Shown: piece by piece, positions 27,658 through 42,919 of the stretch
Layout: every line of letters begins with the position of its first letter
How positions within the stretch are numbered: the first letter of the stretch is position 1
NCBI GenBank assembly: GCA_964016885.1
Contig: OZ024742.1
Location: forward strand, 328,228,001-328,292,000
Direction: 5' to 3'
DNA: 64,000 nucleotides
DNA from: Eledone cirrhosa
Lineage: Eukaryota
Made by a program: the position numbers and the translations under genes
The notes under the pieces: model-generated
What the model saw: the letters and a program-made list of their open reading frames with translations, nothing else
Databases searched by the model: none
Told to the model about the DNA's origin: nothing

Positions 27658-29170
27658 GCAATCAAACCTGATTTTCGACGTCTATCATCAACTGTTGAAC
27701 AGATAAGTCATAACGGTTTATAAAATTTTAATAATGCTTTATCTTCTAATCATTTATAATGGAATTAATGTTTGAATGAATGACACTTGTTTGATAACTT
27801 GTTTGCTTGATAGATATGCATACCCTATGATTTTTTGGATAATTTTAACTTTGATTCAGATCTTTATTTTTCTGTCTTTGTTTTAAATATATAGTTTAGA
27901 TATATCTAACTTCTAAATTTACTGATTATAATTTGAACTGTGGATCATACATGCGTTTGCATATTTTATATATATATATATATATTTTACTCATTTTGAG
28001 ATGGTTTTTGAGGACTCAGAAAGTTGGATTTGCACTTTGTTTTTTTATGTATATTTAACAAACCATAATAGCTGACAAATATTGGTCTATCTCTCCACTG
28101 AACTACAATTACAGCATTAATAACAATGATTATAATTGTTATTCTTTATTAAATGTATACCGTTTCATTAATACCTATAACTATATCTATATATAGTTTG
28201 TACAAATATCTTTATCTAGTGTAATAACATAATCGTAGTTACATTTATAATAACATAATCGTAGTTACATCTATAAATAATTTAAACACTCAAATGAAAT
28301 TATGTATTATTATAAGTGTTTGGTTTTTCCTGGAAGGTCGGACTTATATAATCATTTACTTAATACAATATATGAACAAATAATAAACTATAATCTTGGT
28401 ATATTATGATCAATACATATATATAGTTGGAAATTCTGACTTCTTTAAGTTTAATTATAAGGCCGGTTGATACTTTAGGCACTCAAACTATTTAACAATA
28501 AATTCTTTAATAACTATAAATATCTTATAAATTATATTATAGAAACTGTTGTCAATATTATAAGTAATTTTGGTAAATATTACCTTCGTGGGGATATAAA
28601 ACATTATATATATATATTTTCTTTCTTTCTCGGGTTTCGTAAATCCTTTAAATTTGTTTTCATAAAATTTGAATTTTAGAAATTTAACATAATTATATTA
28701 TAATATTAATACAAATACCTATTAACTTTTAAAACCTAAAATGTGATTCTTTACCCTGAAATAACATAAATTAAATATTTTGAAAATTAACCGCCCACTA
28801 TACTATATAAGAATCTGTGTGTGTAGAAACTTGAACATAAATTACTCCCCTTTGTCTCTCTCCCTCTTTAATCATCTTTCATCTGACTTCTCAGGCTAAA
28901 TACAAAATAAGTTATCACATCAGCTGTTTATTCCTATATGCTTTCCTTTCCCTCCTCTTTCTCTAGTAGTTTTTAAAAATAAAAAATTCTATAACTGTTA
29001 TATTGATGCCATCTATTTCTTAAAATATGTTACTCACACTCTCTCTATTGATGGTATTACGTTTTCTCATGTTCTCAAAATTAGGGTATACATATTGAGT
29101 TTTGTCATAAGTTAATCACTACCTTGATTAAATCTTAACCATCTACCATGTTAGGGTATGTCATGTATCA

Positions 29171-29240
29171 TTTTATTTTATCTGATGAGGTCCTACTGTT
29201 GAACTTAATTCAGTACCTCTGAAATATGTCTAATAAAATA
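29171..29240 (+). ncRNA. Minimal hammerhead-like motif at the PLE 3' end
   Basis: TTTTATTTTAT-CTGATGA-GGT..TACTG..GAA(CTTAA)TTCAGTACCTCT-GAAA-TATG-TC-TAATAAAATA; core intact, stems imperfect. Confidence 0.55.
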
Positions 29241-29280
29241 TAATTGATCACAATAATATCTATTTTATCAATATTTTGAA

Positions 29281-29336
<56 letters not shown>

Positions 29337-29501
29337 CGGGTAAGCTTTCAACCATTTATATTTTTATATATTTTTATATCTGTATATCTGTTTGACCCGA
29401 AATAGGCGATCGAATTTTCGCTGTGTGCATGATTAGTTTAACCACCATCTCAGTGTGTTTGGCCTTTGGATTATGAGTTCATGCAATTGTCTTATGTTTC
29501 G

Positions 29502-29538
<37 letters not shown>

Positions 29539-29607
29539 TATGAAGAGAGAAGAAACATTTAGATATAATTAGTATTAAAAAGTATCATACCTAAACTGCT
29601 CCTAGAT

Positions 29608-29697
29608 TCCTCGACTACGTAGTTTCGTGGCATAAACAAAAACAATACATCATAAAGATATAGAGTCCTTGCGAGGTCTGCCGACTTATCAAGAGGA
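29608..29697 (-). ncRNA. Type I hammerhead, U3-A8 variant (unit 1)
   Basis: Minus strand: TCCTC-TTGATAA-GT(C)GGCA...TGCCAC-GAA-ACTACGTAGT-C-GAGGA. Confidence 0.8.
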
Positions 29698-30201
29698 TAC
29701 CTCATTTTACTAGTCTCAAGAACGCGTCTACACGACGTGAGAAAGAATCCCAAAAAGGCGGAGGGGGAGACAGTCACGCGATATAACGGTCGAGAAACAG
29801 AGCTAAGCCTCTTATAACCCCGAAGAAAATACCACGGAGGCGGAGGGGGTATTTATATCGAAGCAGTAGAAGAGGTGGTGAAGGAGGCGAGAAGTATGAG
29901 TAATGGAAGCTTCCCAGCAGTCCCCACACTTCAAAGATTGCTCGACCAGAGGGAGTTATTAACAATATATTTAGAAACACACAGATACATGCGGACACAC
30001 ACATATACATGAATGCATCCGCACCCAACCGTGAGTTAAGGGTGCCAACTTCACCGATGTTGCTCAATGAATGACTGGGACAGACCAATCCGGTTGAACT
30101 AGACTGAACCAGTATCAGAGTTAAAAATACATTATGAAGAGAGAAGAAACATTTAGATATAATTAGTAATAAAATGTATCATACCTAAACTGCTCCTAGA
30201 T

Positions 30202-30291
30202 TCCTCGACTACGTAGTTTCGTGGCATAAACAAAAACAATACATCATAAAGATATAGAGTCCTTGCGAGGTCTGCCGACTTATCAAGAGGA
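30202..30291 (-). ncRNA. Type I hammerhead, U3-A8 variant (unit 2)
   Basis: Same motif, offset by 594 bp. Confidence 0.8.
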
Positions 30292-30795
30292 TACCTCATT
30301 TTACTAGTCTCAAGAACGCGTCTACACGACGTGAGAAAGAATCCCAAAAAGGCGGAGGGGGAGACAGTCACGCGATATAACGGTCGAGAAACAGAGCTAA
30401 GCCTCTTATAACCCCGAAGAAAATACCACGGAGGCGGAGGGGGTATTTATATCGAAGCCGTAGAAGAGGTGGTGAAGGGGGCGAGAAGTATGAGTAATGG
30501 AAGCTTCCCAGCAGTCCCCACACTTCAAAGATTGCTCGACCAGAGGGAGTTATTAACAATATATTTAGAAACACACAGATACATGCGGACACACACATAT
30601 ACATGAATGCATCCGCACCCAACCGTGAGTTAAGGGTGCCAACTTCACCGATGTTGCTCAATGAATGACTGGGACAGACCAATCCGGTTGAACTAGACTG
30701 AACCAGTATCAGAGTTAAAAATACATTATGAAGAGAGAAGAAACATTTAGATATAATTAGTAATAAAATGTATCATACCTAAACTTCTCCTAGAT

Positions 30796-30885
30796 TCCTC
30801 GACTACGTAGTTTCGTGGCATAAACAAAAACAATATATCATAAAGATATAGAGCCCTTGCGAGGTCTGCCGACTTATCAAGAGGA
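30796..30885 (-). ncRNA. Type I hammerhead, U3-A8 variant (unit 3)
   Basis: Same motif, offset by 1188 bp; substitutions occur only in the stem II loop region. Confidence 0.8.
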
Positions 30886-30968
30886 TACCTCATTTTACTA
30901 GTCTCAAGAACGCGTCTACACGACGTGAGAAAGAATCCTAAAAAGGCGGAGGGGGAGATAGTCACGCG

Positions 30969-31077
<109 letters not shown>

Positions 31078-32064
31078 TATATACATATATATACATATAC
31101 ATATATATACATATATATATATACATATATATATACATATATATATATATATACATATATATATACATATATATATATATACATTATTATATTTATTATT
31201 ATTGTTATTATTGTTATTTTTTTGGTTTTTGTTTCTGATATATATTTTTTATTAATATATTGAAATCTGCTCTCTATTTCTGCTTGATAGATAATCTTGT
31301 AGAGTAAAGACAAGAATAGTAGTAATATAGACTCTATATATATATGTGTGTATATATATACACATATATGTATACTTAAATTTTTATAGCACAATGAGAA
31401 TGTTTTCCGTTAACTTAGGGTTTGCAGAGTTGATCATGTAAATTCACATAGATGTTTGTAGTTATCACATAAACATATGAATTTTTTTAAAAAACTAAAC
31501 ATAAGATCATTACTTTTCACACATTATGGATACATGTCTCATTCAGGAATACTGATATTTACAATATAGTGGCCGGTTTTTATACATACTAATACCTCTA
31601 CATTAAAACATAGGGTTTTTATGCCTCGCCTATGTCTGGTTATTTTTAATTTTTCTCTATATATAACAGCTGGTTTCTCTCCTAACCACATATATCTCCC
31701 TTACATTAATACTAGAGCTAAATAAATAAATAAATAAATAAATGTATCATTGATACGTTTACTCAACGGATGTCCCACTACCTAGTTTTCTATATATATA
31801 TCTATCTCTATTTCCTCTCTCTCTATATATATATCTCTCTCTGTTTCTTTACATGAAGTTCTTCTCTTTATCTATCTTTCCATCTCTCTATTTTGTTCCA
31901 TGCATTTCTTCTTTTTCTTCTTTTTCTTCGTTTTCTGTCTTTCTTTCCTTTTTCCCTCTTTCTTTCTCTCTGTGTACAATTTTTTCACTGCCAATTCAAC
32001 TTTTCAAATACGAGTCGATGTTGTACGGTATGTCAAATCTATTTATCTATAAAACTGTTTATAT

Positions 32065-32172
32065 TGTATTTTGTCTGAGGAAGGCATAGCATATTGTTAA
32101 TATGATATCCCTGAAATATATATAATGAAATAAATATGGTTTTATAAATATAGTTTCCATTTATTTAATATC

Positions 32173-32175
<3 letters not shown>
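32065..32175 (+). mobile_element. Family C-related 3' end with hammerhead-like motif
   Basis: CTGAGGA-AGG...CCCT-GAAA-TATA-TA at 32075-32122, followed by the family C sequence TAATGAAATAAATATGGTTTTATAAATATAGTTTCCAT and then (TA)n. Confidence 0.6.
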
Positions 32176-32223
<48 letters not shown>

Positions 32224-32228
32224 TATGT

Positions 32229-32327
<99 letters not shown>

Positions 32328-32328
32328 A

Positions 32329-32436
<108 letters not shown>

Positions 32437-32870
32437 CATACATACATACATATTTACTTATTTACTTACATGAATGATACACATTAAAAAAAGCAATTAA
32501 TTCATAATGGAGGCTGCAAAAAATACAAAGTAAAGTCACTTGACCTAGAAGTAAAGAAGAGAGCAATAATATCTTAGCAAAGAACCAACGAGGCAATATT
32601 TAATATAAAAGGGCTGTGTAGTGTCGTTTGTTGCTAGCAACGACGCACACATGCTTGCAGTTAGACATCTACTCATAAGGATGTACTTTAAATATTTGGC
32701 GATCTTCTGTCTTGTACATGTCACTGTAAATCATATTTCTATACCAAACATACGCATATAAGACCTTAACCCTATGACACAAACTAACACATTGACACAA
32801 ATATATACTCACACACACGCATTTTCATGTATATTTCAAGCATGGAGATAACGTACAAATACGTGTTTAC

Positions 32871-32964
<94 letters not shown>

Positions 32965-33562
32965 CTGTTTTGTTTGTATGAACAGAGAAAAAACCGTAAT
33001 ACAGGACACTGGCTCAAACTGCCGTGAAGCGGTATTGAACTTATTAATCGCACAACCATGTCAGTGTATGTATGTAGGTAGGTAGGTAGGTACGTTGGTA
33101 GGTTGGTAGGTAGGTAGGTACGTATTCCCGGGGGCACGGAAGTACTCGTTTTGGTGCCCAAGCGCTTGGTTAGTCAATTCTTGTTAGGACATCATTCCAG
33201 GAGAAGGAATACACTGATATAAGACCTGCGACTCGATTATAGTCAATGATGTTGACCTTTTCTTCTTTTGGGAAACCTGTTACTGTTGTTTAGAGAGTGG
33301 GTTTAGTCAAGTTCAAGGCCTTTTCTTATTTAAAGAAGCTTCGAGCACAGGCATCACATGATTTCAACGACTTTCGCCTATATTACGAGAGCATGGCTTT
33401 TCCATTTTGCTTTCGTTGCAAATCATGTTCATGACATCCATATATGAGAAATAGTTCAAGGGATAGCAATACCCGAAATTGAGATGTAGTCAGTGTGTAT
33501 ATATATGTATGTGAAACATACGTGAAAGTGTAAAACATTGGTTATATACAACAAAAAATTAA

Positions 33563-33759
33563 TATAGAAATGGCTCCTACAAGAATAGAACAAGAATAGA
33601 ACTCTTATAAAAGCATCAGTAATATCCCGATGATTTCATAAGTATGAAACAGTTCTAGCCCTGTAGAAGCCATTTTTATATTAGTTTTTGATTGTTCTCA
33701 CTCTACTTATGAATTGAGTACCTTAGTCACTGTGGTTATCCCGGATTTCACTCAGCATC

Positions 33760-33760
<1 letters not shown>
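33563..33760. mobile_element. Fold-back copy of family F
   Basis: ATAGAAATGGCT..TACA / TGTAGAAGCCATTT inverted; CCGATGATTTCATAAGTATGAAACAGTTCTAG motif. Confidence 0.55.
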
Positions 33761-34144
<384 letters not shown>

Positions 34145-36099
34145 CATATTATACGTGCAAAGTTATTAGTAGTGTGCTCAATAACATTTCAAAGACTAAT
34201 AATTTAATGAAATATTTCAACCGCTAAATTGAAGAAACACATGATAGTGAAGATATTATTTAAAATAATACATATATTCTATATCTTTTACGAGACACAT
34301 AGAGTTTGTAGCGGCCTGACATTTTTTTATGCATGTGGACAGGTGTTGCTTTCTTCGGTGGGACAGCAAAAATTGTTGTTGTTTATAAATACCATCGTGT
34401 ATGAACAGGAACCAAGAAACAGAATCAAGTTTAGTTGCTTTCTAAAATATATTACAATAGTGCTGGAGCCACTGAATTGTTCATTACAAATGGAGTTTAA
34501 ACCTATTATATAAAATTTCCTTAAGTTAAGGTTTTATTTTATTTTTGATGATAATTTTGATGAGTCGAGCACAATTTTAAAGTCTTTATGTGAATCATAC
34601 ATCTTAGTTTCAGAATAAATCATGCCTTTTCGCTTATTAAAAGTTTTTACAATTAAGTATTAAAATCTAACCAGTATACCATAGAAATTATTTTCTGGGG
34701 GATAATATTCACATTATGTACGCGAGCAGAAAAGGCTGAGGTATCAGATCGTCAGATTTAATTTCTTGATATTAGTTCTGGTTGATTACGTTCTGTGTCT
34801 ACATACCACCATGGTAAACCTTGCCTTTCATCCTCTTGGTGTCGATAAATAAAATGCCAATCCACAATTGCTACAGGTCCAACAACGAAGTGAATGAGTA
34901 TATCTTGACTTTAATTTTAATATTTTCCTATTGAAATTTTGTTATAACCTTGTATTGAAATAACTATCAAAAGACTGTCTGTCGGATCATCAAATTCCTA
35001 TTTTACACTACGAAAGAGCGTGGTTTAGATTTAAAGGTGATGCGTTCACCATAGTAAAGTCGTGATTTTGTTTCACAGACGTGGCGGCGAATCGTTTCAT
35101 TCAGCAATACATTTTACTTCATGTTGATCAAGTGCACTCTCCTATGAGTTGTGGCTATAATTTAAATTCAAAAATGAATTGTACCTTGCTGAATCTGCAC
35201 ATGTTCGTGAAATGTTCAGTCATTTGCACGTTAATTTCTCGTGCAGCTTGTTCAGTTGAGCAAACAAGAGGAGCACATCACCTCAAAACCAAAGGAGATC
35301 CAACATTTATTTCATACCACACATTTTGACTCTTTAGTTCTCTATTATATTTCAATTGATATATAAATACACTATAGGAATATTTCTACCAAGACGTTGT
35401 CTAATTAGTATTAGATAACGCCTCAGCGACTATGCTGGTTCTTAGTTACATGGCCAAGTATAGAGTGGATAGCATACGGAAATTAGAATTTTGAAGGCAA
35501 CAAGTCGGAATAGATACCACAAATTTAATTATGGACCCCAGATAGGATATAAGGCTTTGGCGGAATTTGAAAATTTGAAATCAGACACCGAGTGAAGGGA
35601 CAAATACAGCTAGCATGAATTTGCCATTCACTGCCTTACTATAGAATATAAATAGAGTCAATTTTCTGATAATTATCTCGTTTTATAGGAACTTGTAGGA
35701 TGAAAGCGACGTTATCAGTGTTATTGGAAATCACGTAATGATTCGTAATTATATACAGCAAACTATTTCATCCAACATCATTCTGCCAACCCGCCTGCCA
35801 TTCTTTCATAAAATATCAACTGAAAAACTAACTTGAGGAAAATATAGTAAAAGTGATTTTAAAACCTCGGGTGTGGGGGAGAGAAAACAGAACAAAATAA
35901 GACTCATATGTCTACAAAATCAAAAACACGTAAACGTAACATACCCCACATGTATATATAGATATTTATGAATACACACACACAAACAGGACATGACACC
36001 CCGCCCAATATATATGTACATACATAGAAGTACACACATGCATACGTATAGTTATGTATAAATGTTATATATATATGCGTGTATATCCATATAAACACA

Positions 36100-36141
<42 letters not shown>

Positions 36142-36157
36142 TTTACTATATATATAT

Positions 36158-36199
36158 AGTCGAAACGGCTTGAGCTCAGCCGTCGGGGTCTTACTTGTT

Positions 36200-36269
<70 letters not shown>

Positions 36270-36375
36270 AAAATGTATGACGCCGAGCTTTTTCCTATTA
36301 CCCACTCTACTACCCTAAGTATTGAGTACTCTGGTGCGTTATGGTCCATCTGGTTCCTTACCACAATTCCTTCGT

Positions 36376-36378
<3 letters not shown>
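36158..36378 (+). mobile_element. Two fragments of family B separated by (TA)n
   Basis: GTCGAAACGGCTTGAGCTCAGCCGTCGGGGTC (36159-36190) and the family 3' tail CCTATTACCCACTCTACTACCCTAAG...CCTTCGTTAT. Confidence 0.8.
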
Positions 36379-36441
<63 letters not shown>

Positions 36442-36692
36442 TGAAAGGTGTATAAATAACTGAAGATTCGTATATCGACATGTGTGAAAATTTGAGTGTA
36501 TGCATGTGTATGTGAATAAGTGATTTCTCTCTATGCGCGTGTGTGTGTGTGTGTGTGTGCGTATGAACATTAAATGGGAAATTAAAAATTAATGTTTATC
36601 TGGTAATCTGACAAAACAGACATTCTCTAAGGTTACATTTACATAATCTCATCTAACTATACATACATGTATGCCTGCTTGCATACATACAA

Positions 36693-36694
<2 letters not shown>

Positions 36695-36785
<91 letters not shown>

Positions 36786-36795
36786 TCTCTTTCTC
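36695..36795. repeat. (CT)n microsatellite
   Basis: Read directly from the sequence. Confidence 0.95.
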
Positions 36796-36897
36796 CCTTC
36801 CTTATCTTACTTTCCCTCTCTCTATATATTATCCATAAATATATACGGCCGTATATACATACACACATTTATATATGCTTACATACATGCATGCATA

Positions 36898-36965
<68 letters not shown>

Positions 36966-37465
36966 AATACATGCCTAAGTGCTAATGTACATATATTCTT
37001 ACACATAAGCATACAAAAGTTGCAAAAAAAACGTAACCCCCACTAACAAGAAGAAGAACATAAACAAGCACAGCGAGGCGAAATATAACAACAACAACGA
37101 CATCACAAACTTCAAAAGCACCAGCATCAACAGCATGAAAACATTATTGAGCAAGAATCATCACCCGAAGTGCAAGTCAAACAAACGAATCCAAATGTCA
37201 AATAGAAAAGGCAAAAGGCGTAAAGGGTGTGAGGGAAATATGAATTTGACCCACAGTTATTGTATTAGTTATTATACTTACTGTATAAGTTAGTAATATA
37301 ATTGGTGTATGTGGCATAATGATATCCTGTCTGGAACTTTACTGTTGGCGACCTAGTGTCTTTCTCTTTTAATGTGCATTCTAGGGAATGGGTGTGTGAG
37401 ATATATGCCTGTACAGTTGTATGTATGCATGTATGTATGTATATGTGAATGTATTTATATAAATA

Positions 37466-38441
<976 letters not shown>

Positions 38442-38684
38442 AAAGTATGTCCATAGAATCATTTGATAAAATATATACCCCATTCTCTCTCCCAATCAGC
38501 ATAATCAACGACACAAAACCAATTAAACCAGGCTATAAGATTAAAAGACGCCTATGAAGAAATAATAGATAAATAAACGACAGCTATCCATTCGCGATCA
38601 ACAGCCATATAATATTTACCCACCATTTCCAATAGGACGTGGGAATCGATTAAATATATCGTCAACCATACACAATTATATATA

Positions 38685-38720
<36 letters not shown>

Positions 38721-38796
38721 TGGTTTAGTCGCCGACGACCCGACCATGCGACAGGTTGTACTGGGTTACATGTTTCCACTAGTACTTAAGAGTGAC

Positions 38797-38934
<138 letters not shown>

Positions 38935-38937
38935 TAC

Positions 38938-38979
<42 letters not shown>

Positions 38980-40287
38980 ATGCTGTGATATATATTTCAA
39001 TGACGACACTGGCCACACTGTGTGCGAGTGTCGTGAAATCATCAGACAGCCTGTTACATAATAAGGTTGTTTCCGAGGCAATCCAAATTGAATCGACATG
39101 GGAACGGATGAAGTTCGTGCCTTTGGGTTTTTCATCCGTTCCCTTGTGAGTACCAATTCACCCCCACCGGTCTGCGCAAGCGCATGTCCGAAGGAAGTTG
39201 ACCATTAGCACCGCAGATTTCAACGAAATTTGCTGTCAGTGGCCCACCTATGCCTTGCCAAAGTTTACTGCTACTCATCGCTACTGTGGTAGTCAGCCGA
39301 AAGCCAGAGGGGATGGGAGGGTGTTAGTTTTTATAGGTCATAATACTACCTTTCACTAAGCGTTGACAGTAAGACTGACCATCAACTCATAAGGTAAAAT
39401 AAACTTAATTCTAGGTACTATGGTTTTACATAGTAAGTTAAGAGTGAGAGTTGGGAATAAAAATTAAAATTAAAGGTTAAAATCCTAAATCAAATATCAG
39501 AGATTATAAATTAAACAATAAAGAATTCAAAAATTCTAAATTCAAAAAAAATTTTTCAAGTGATAATTCGGATTAAGTAAAGATATACATTGAAGTGAGT
39601 AAATAATATGGAGAGAGATGTTTAAGTAATATGTTCTGGGAGGGATTCTAGTGTTACAGATATTGAACGGCAGTGCCGGACCTTATAACGGAGGGCAAAC
39701 CACATGGTTCAAGGCATTAGTCAATCCGCTACACGGTCATACTTTCCATCACATGGAACAGAGTCAAAGAAAAACGGACAAAAAGTACACAAAAGAGAAC
39801 ACAAAAGAAAAGAAAAGAACAGAGACAATAGTGAATAAATGCAAAAACACAGAGTACATATATGTAAAATGATCCGTATGATTGTCCATCTGTCCATGTA
39901 TAGATTGAATTGAGGGGGCCTCTGTTCAGAAGCGATTTGGTGCAGGAAAATAGGGGTTTATCTTATTTTTTGTTTCCGCGTATTTATCCAGCCGAAAGAT
40001 ACTATTACGCCCGTCCAGTGTCAGGGGTTTTTCATCCCCATGGTAGAGGGGTTTCCGGGGTAGCTCTTGGTTGGTTCCTCTCTTCTCCACCATATCGGTT
40101 ACATCATAGAGCGCTCAACTAATGCGGTGCTAATGGTCAACTTCCTTCGGACATGCGCTTGCGCAGACCGGTGGGGGTGAATTGGTACTCACAAGGGAAC
40201 GGATGAAAAACCCAAAGGCACGAACTTCATCCGTTCCCATGTCGATTCAATTTGGATTGCCTCGGAAACAACCTTATTATGTAACAG

Positions 40288-40361
40288 GCTGTCTGATGAT
40301 GTCACGACACTCGCACACAGAACACTGTGGCCAGTGTCGTCATTGAAATATATATCACAGC
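40288..40361 (+). ncRNA. Type I hammerhead motif (mirror copy 38982-39050, minus strand)
   Basis: GCTGT-CTGATGA-TGTC-ACGACACT...AGTGTCGT-CATT-GAA-ATATATAT-C-ACAGC; stem I GCTGT/ACAGC, 8-bp stem II core, palindromic stem III. Confidence 0.7.
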
Positions 40362-40371
40362 ATTATTATTA

Positions 40372-40551
40372 GTGGATTGGCAGTATCGGTAGAGGGTCGG
40401 ACGCCATGCTTTCCAGCATAGTTATGTCCCTTTATGATCTGAGTTCAAATCCCGCCGAGGTTGACTTTGGCTTTCATCCTTACGGGGTCGATAAAATAAA
40501 GTACCAGTAATGCACTGGATAATTGCTGGCCTTGTGCCTACAGTAGAAACA
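40372..40551 (+). mobile_element. Near full-length SINE with 10-bp TSD
   Basis: TSD ATTATTATTA at 40362-40371 and 40552-40561; A-box-like TGGCAGTATCGG and B box GAGTTCAAATCC. Confidence 0.9.
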
Positions 40552-40676
40552 ATTATTATTAAAGGACTTGAACATCTGAAACTACTTCGCTTTTACTTAT
40601 TCGATATTTACTCCGTCACTCCTATGTGGAAAAAGTACGTTGAGTGCTTGAATTGAATTGCATCAATATTTACCCT

Positions 40677-40739
<63 letters not shown>

Positions 40740-40756
40740 CATACACACACACACAC

Positions 40757-40813
<57 letters not shown>

Positions 40814-40817
<4 letters not shown>

Positions 40818-41279
40818 AAAGTACTATTTAAATTGTTGGGATACATCAAGCAAATATATGTATAACTGATATAAAGCACTCAATAAATATTTGAAGTAAA
40901 AATACGATATTAACAAATGGAAACTATATTTATAAAACCATATTAATTTCATTATACATATTTCAAGGAGTCCAAGTTAAATTATGGTGTGATTTCATCA
41001 GATATAATATAATATAGATCAGTTTTATAAATAAATATTGACATACCCTTAAAAAATGCAACCATTATTGTTGGAAGCTCCTGGATAGGAGTGCTTTATA
41101 TCAGTCTATCCAACAATAATGGTTGCATTTTTTAAGGGTATGTCAATATTTATTTATAAAACTGATGTATATTATATTTTATCTGATGAAATCACACTAT
41201 AATTTAACTTGGACTCCTTGAAATATGTTTAATGAAATAAATATGGTTTTATGAATTTAGTTTCCATTTGTTAATATCG

Positions 41280-41283
<4 letters not shown>
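40814..41283. mobile_element. Fold-back copy of family C
   Basis: Arms at about 40901-41075 and 41109-41283; same long-arm and short-arm ends as 7021-8441; CTGATGA...GAAA at 41183-41223. Confidence 0.85.
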
Positions 41284-41342
<59 letters not shown>

Positions 41343-41383
41343 ATATATATATATACATACATGTATATATATATATATTTATA

Positions 41384-41590
41384 TAACGAAGTAAATGTGG
41401 TAAGGAACCAGATGGACCATAACTCATCAAAGTACTCAATACTTAGGGTAGTAGAGTGGGTAATATGAACGAGTAGGACCCCGACGGATGAGCTCAAGCC
41501 GTTTCGACGGCTAATTCTGGACTAACATTTTAGTCCAGAATTAGCCGTCGAAACGGGTTGAGCTCAGCCGTCGGGGTCCTACTCGTTCAT
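41384..41590. mobile_element. Fold-back copy of family B
   Basis: Same arms and almost the same inversion point as 5771-5980. Confidence 0.85.
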
Positions 41591-41845
41591 ATATATTTAT
41601 ATATATATATATGTTTGTATATATATATATCTTAGAAAGTGAGATTTTTTTACAAAATGAAAAATAACCGAGGTGTCCTACACGAGTGAAAGTAGAACGA
41701 AAAAACGATGAAATCGAAAATACAACTGGAGACTTATTTTAAAAATATATATATATTTATTTGGTTCCTTTACCGGTTTCGCAGTTCTTCAGCTTTTCAA
41801 AAGTAGAGTTGAGATGGAGGGTCTGTGGTTTTTCTCACATCTGAG

Positions 41846-41878
<33 letters not shown>

Positions 41879-41927
41879 TGTATGTATGTATGTATGTATG
41901 TATGTATGTATGTATGTATGTATGTAT

Positions 41928-42522
41928 GTCGGGTCACTGTTGAGTGCTACTGATAACATGTATCCCAGTACAACCTGTAGCAAGGTCGGGTCGTCGGCGA
42001 CTAAACCGGCAACCCCACCAAGTTTACTTGGTGAGGTGGGTGATTTTAGACACCCTGCAGGACAAAAATCAAAACCTGACAAAGGGCGGAAGAACTCACA
42101 AGATTCAACGGCCATCAGAAAGTGTGTAAATATGTATATACACATGTACCACGCGGTTAAACCACTGGGAGTGAAGGACCCCTAGCCTTTGTCAGGACAT
42201 TCTTCCAGGAGAAGGCAACTCAGGAAACAGATAATTCCGATATAAAACCTGCGGCTGAGTAGTTACCGATGATGTTGATCTTTTCTTCTTTTCGTGTTAT
42301 AGCTACTGTCGCTCAGAGAGTGGGATTGGCTCAGTGCACAGTCTTTCCTCATTAAAAAAAATATCTTCACTCACAGGCGTTGCACGATAGAATTAATTAA
42401 TTGTTTCTACTTTTGGCACAAGGCCATCAATTACCCAGTGCATTACTATAGAATTAATTAATAATTATTAACAATGGTATATCTTGCAATGGCCATACTC
42501 GATAACGAGGGGGCAGCCATCA
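41928..42522 (+). mobile_element. Family H copy after (TATG)n, with a small SINE 3' fragment inserted (about 42395-42450)
   Basis: Collinear similarity with 11988-12592. Confidence 0.75.
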
Positions 42523-42919
42523 GTTATGTATCTATGCATGTATGTACGCAAAAGGTAAACAGAATTATGAAAGTAAACGACGCAGGACAATGAAGAAATA
42601 TATTAGTTTAACGCTTGATATAATAAAAAGAGTCTTAAAATGTTCTTTATTGGAAGATAGAATGAGAAATAAAAGATAATATAGCAAGATAAAGAGTGTG
42701 AAGAGGAAGGAACCGAATCAGCCATTGTGTGATTGCGTGTATGTATATATATTTATATATAGTATTAATAAATGTGAAGACTAAAATCTGAAGAGGGCTC
42801 GATAAGGATTATATATATATATATATATGTATATTACATTCATAGTTATAGTTGTCATGTTTGAGATAATCTCGAACATGTGTCTTATTTATTATTATTA
42901 CTATATATATATATATTTA

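Larger units (their letters stand above)
38976..40680. mobile_element. Asymmetric fold-back element with near-identical arms of about 235 bp and an HHR in each arm
   Basis: 38978-39215 is inverted to 40123-40365; the right arm appears to continue about 120 nt (40562-40680) after a SINE insertion. Confidence 0.85.

Noticed and set aside
29805-29878. Possible plus-strand hammerhead in the 594-bp unit (CCGAAGA-AAATACC..GGTATTT..GAAG), which would make it ambisense and viroid-like
   Set aside because: Core deviations (U4C, GAAG), five extra nucleotides before GAA and no adjacent stem I.
29559-30682. Repeated 72-aa and 104-aa ORFs in the tandem unit
   Set aside because: Non-ATG starts and no recognisable motifs; the repetition simply reflects the tandem duplication.
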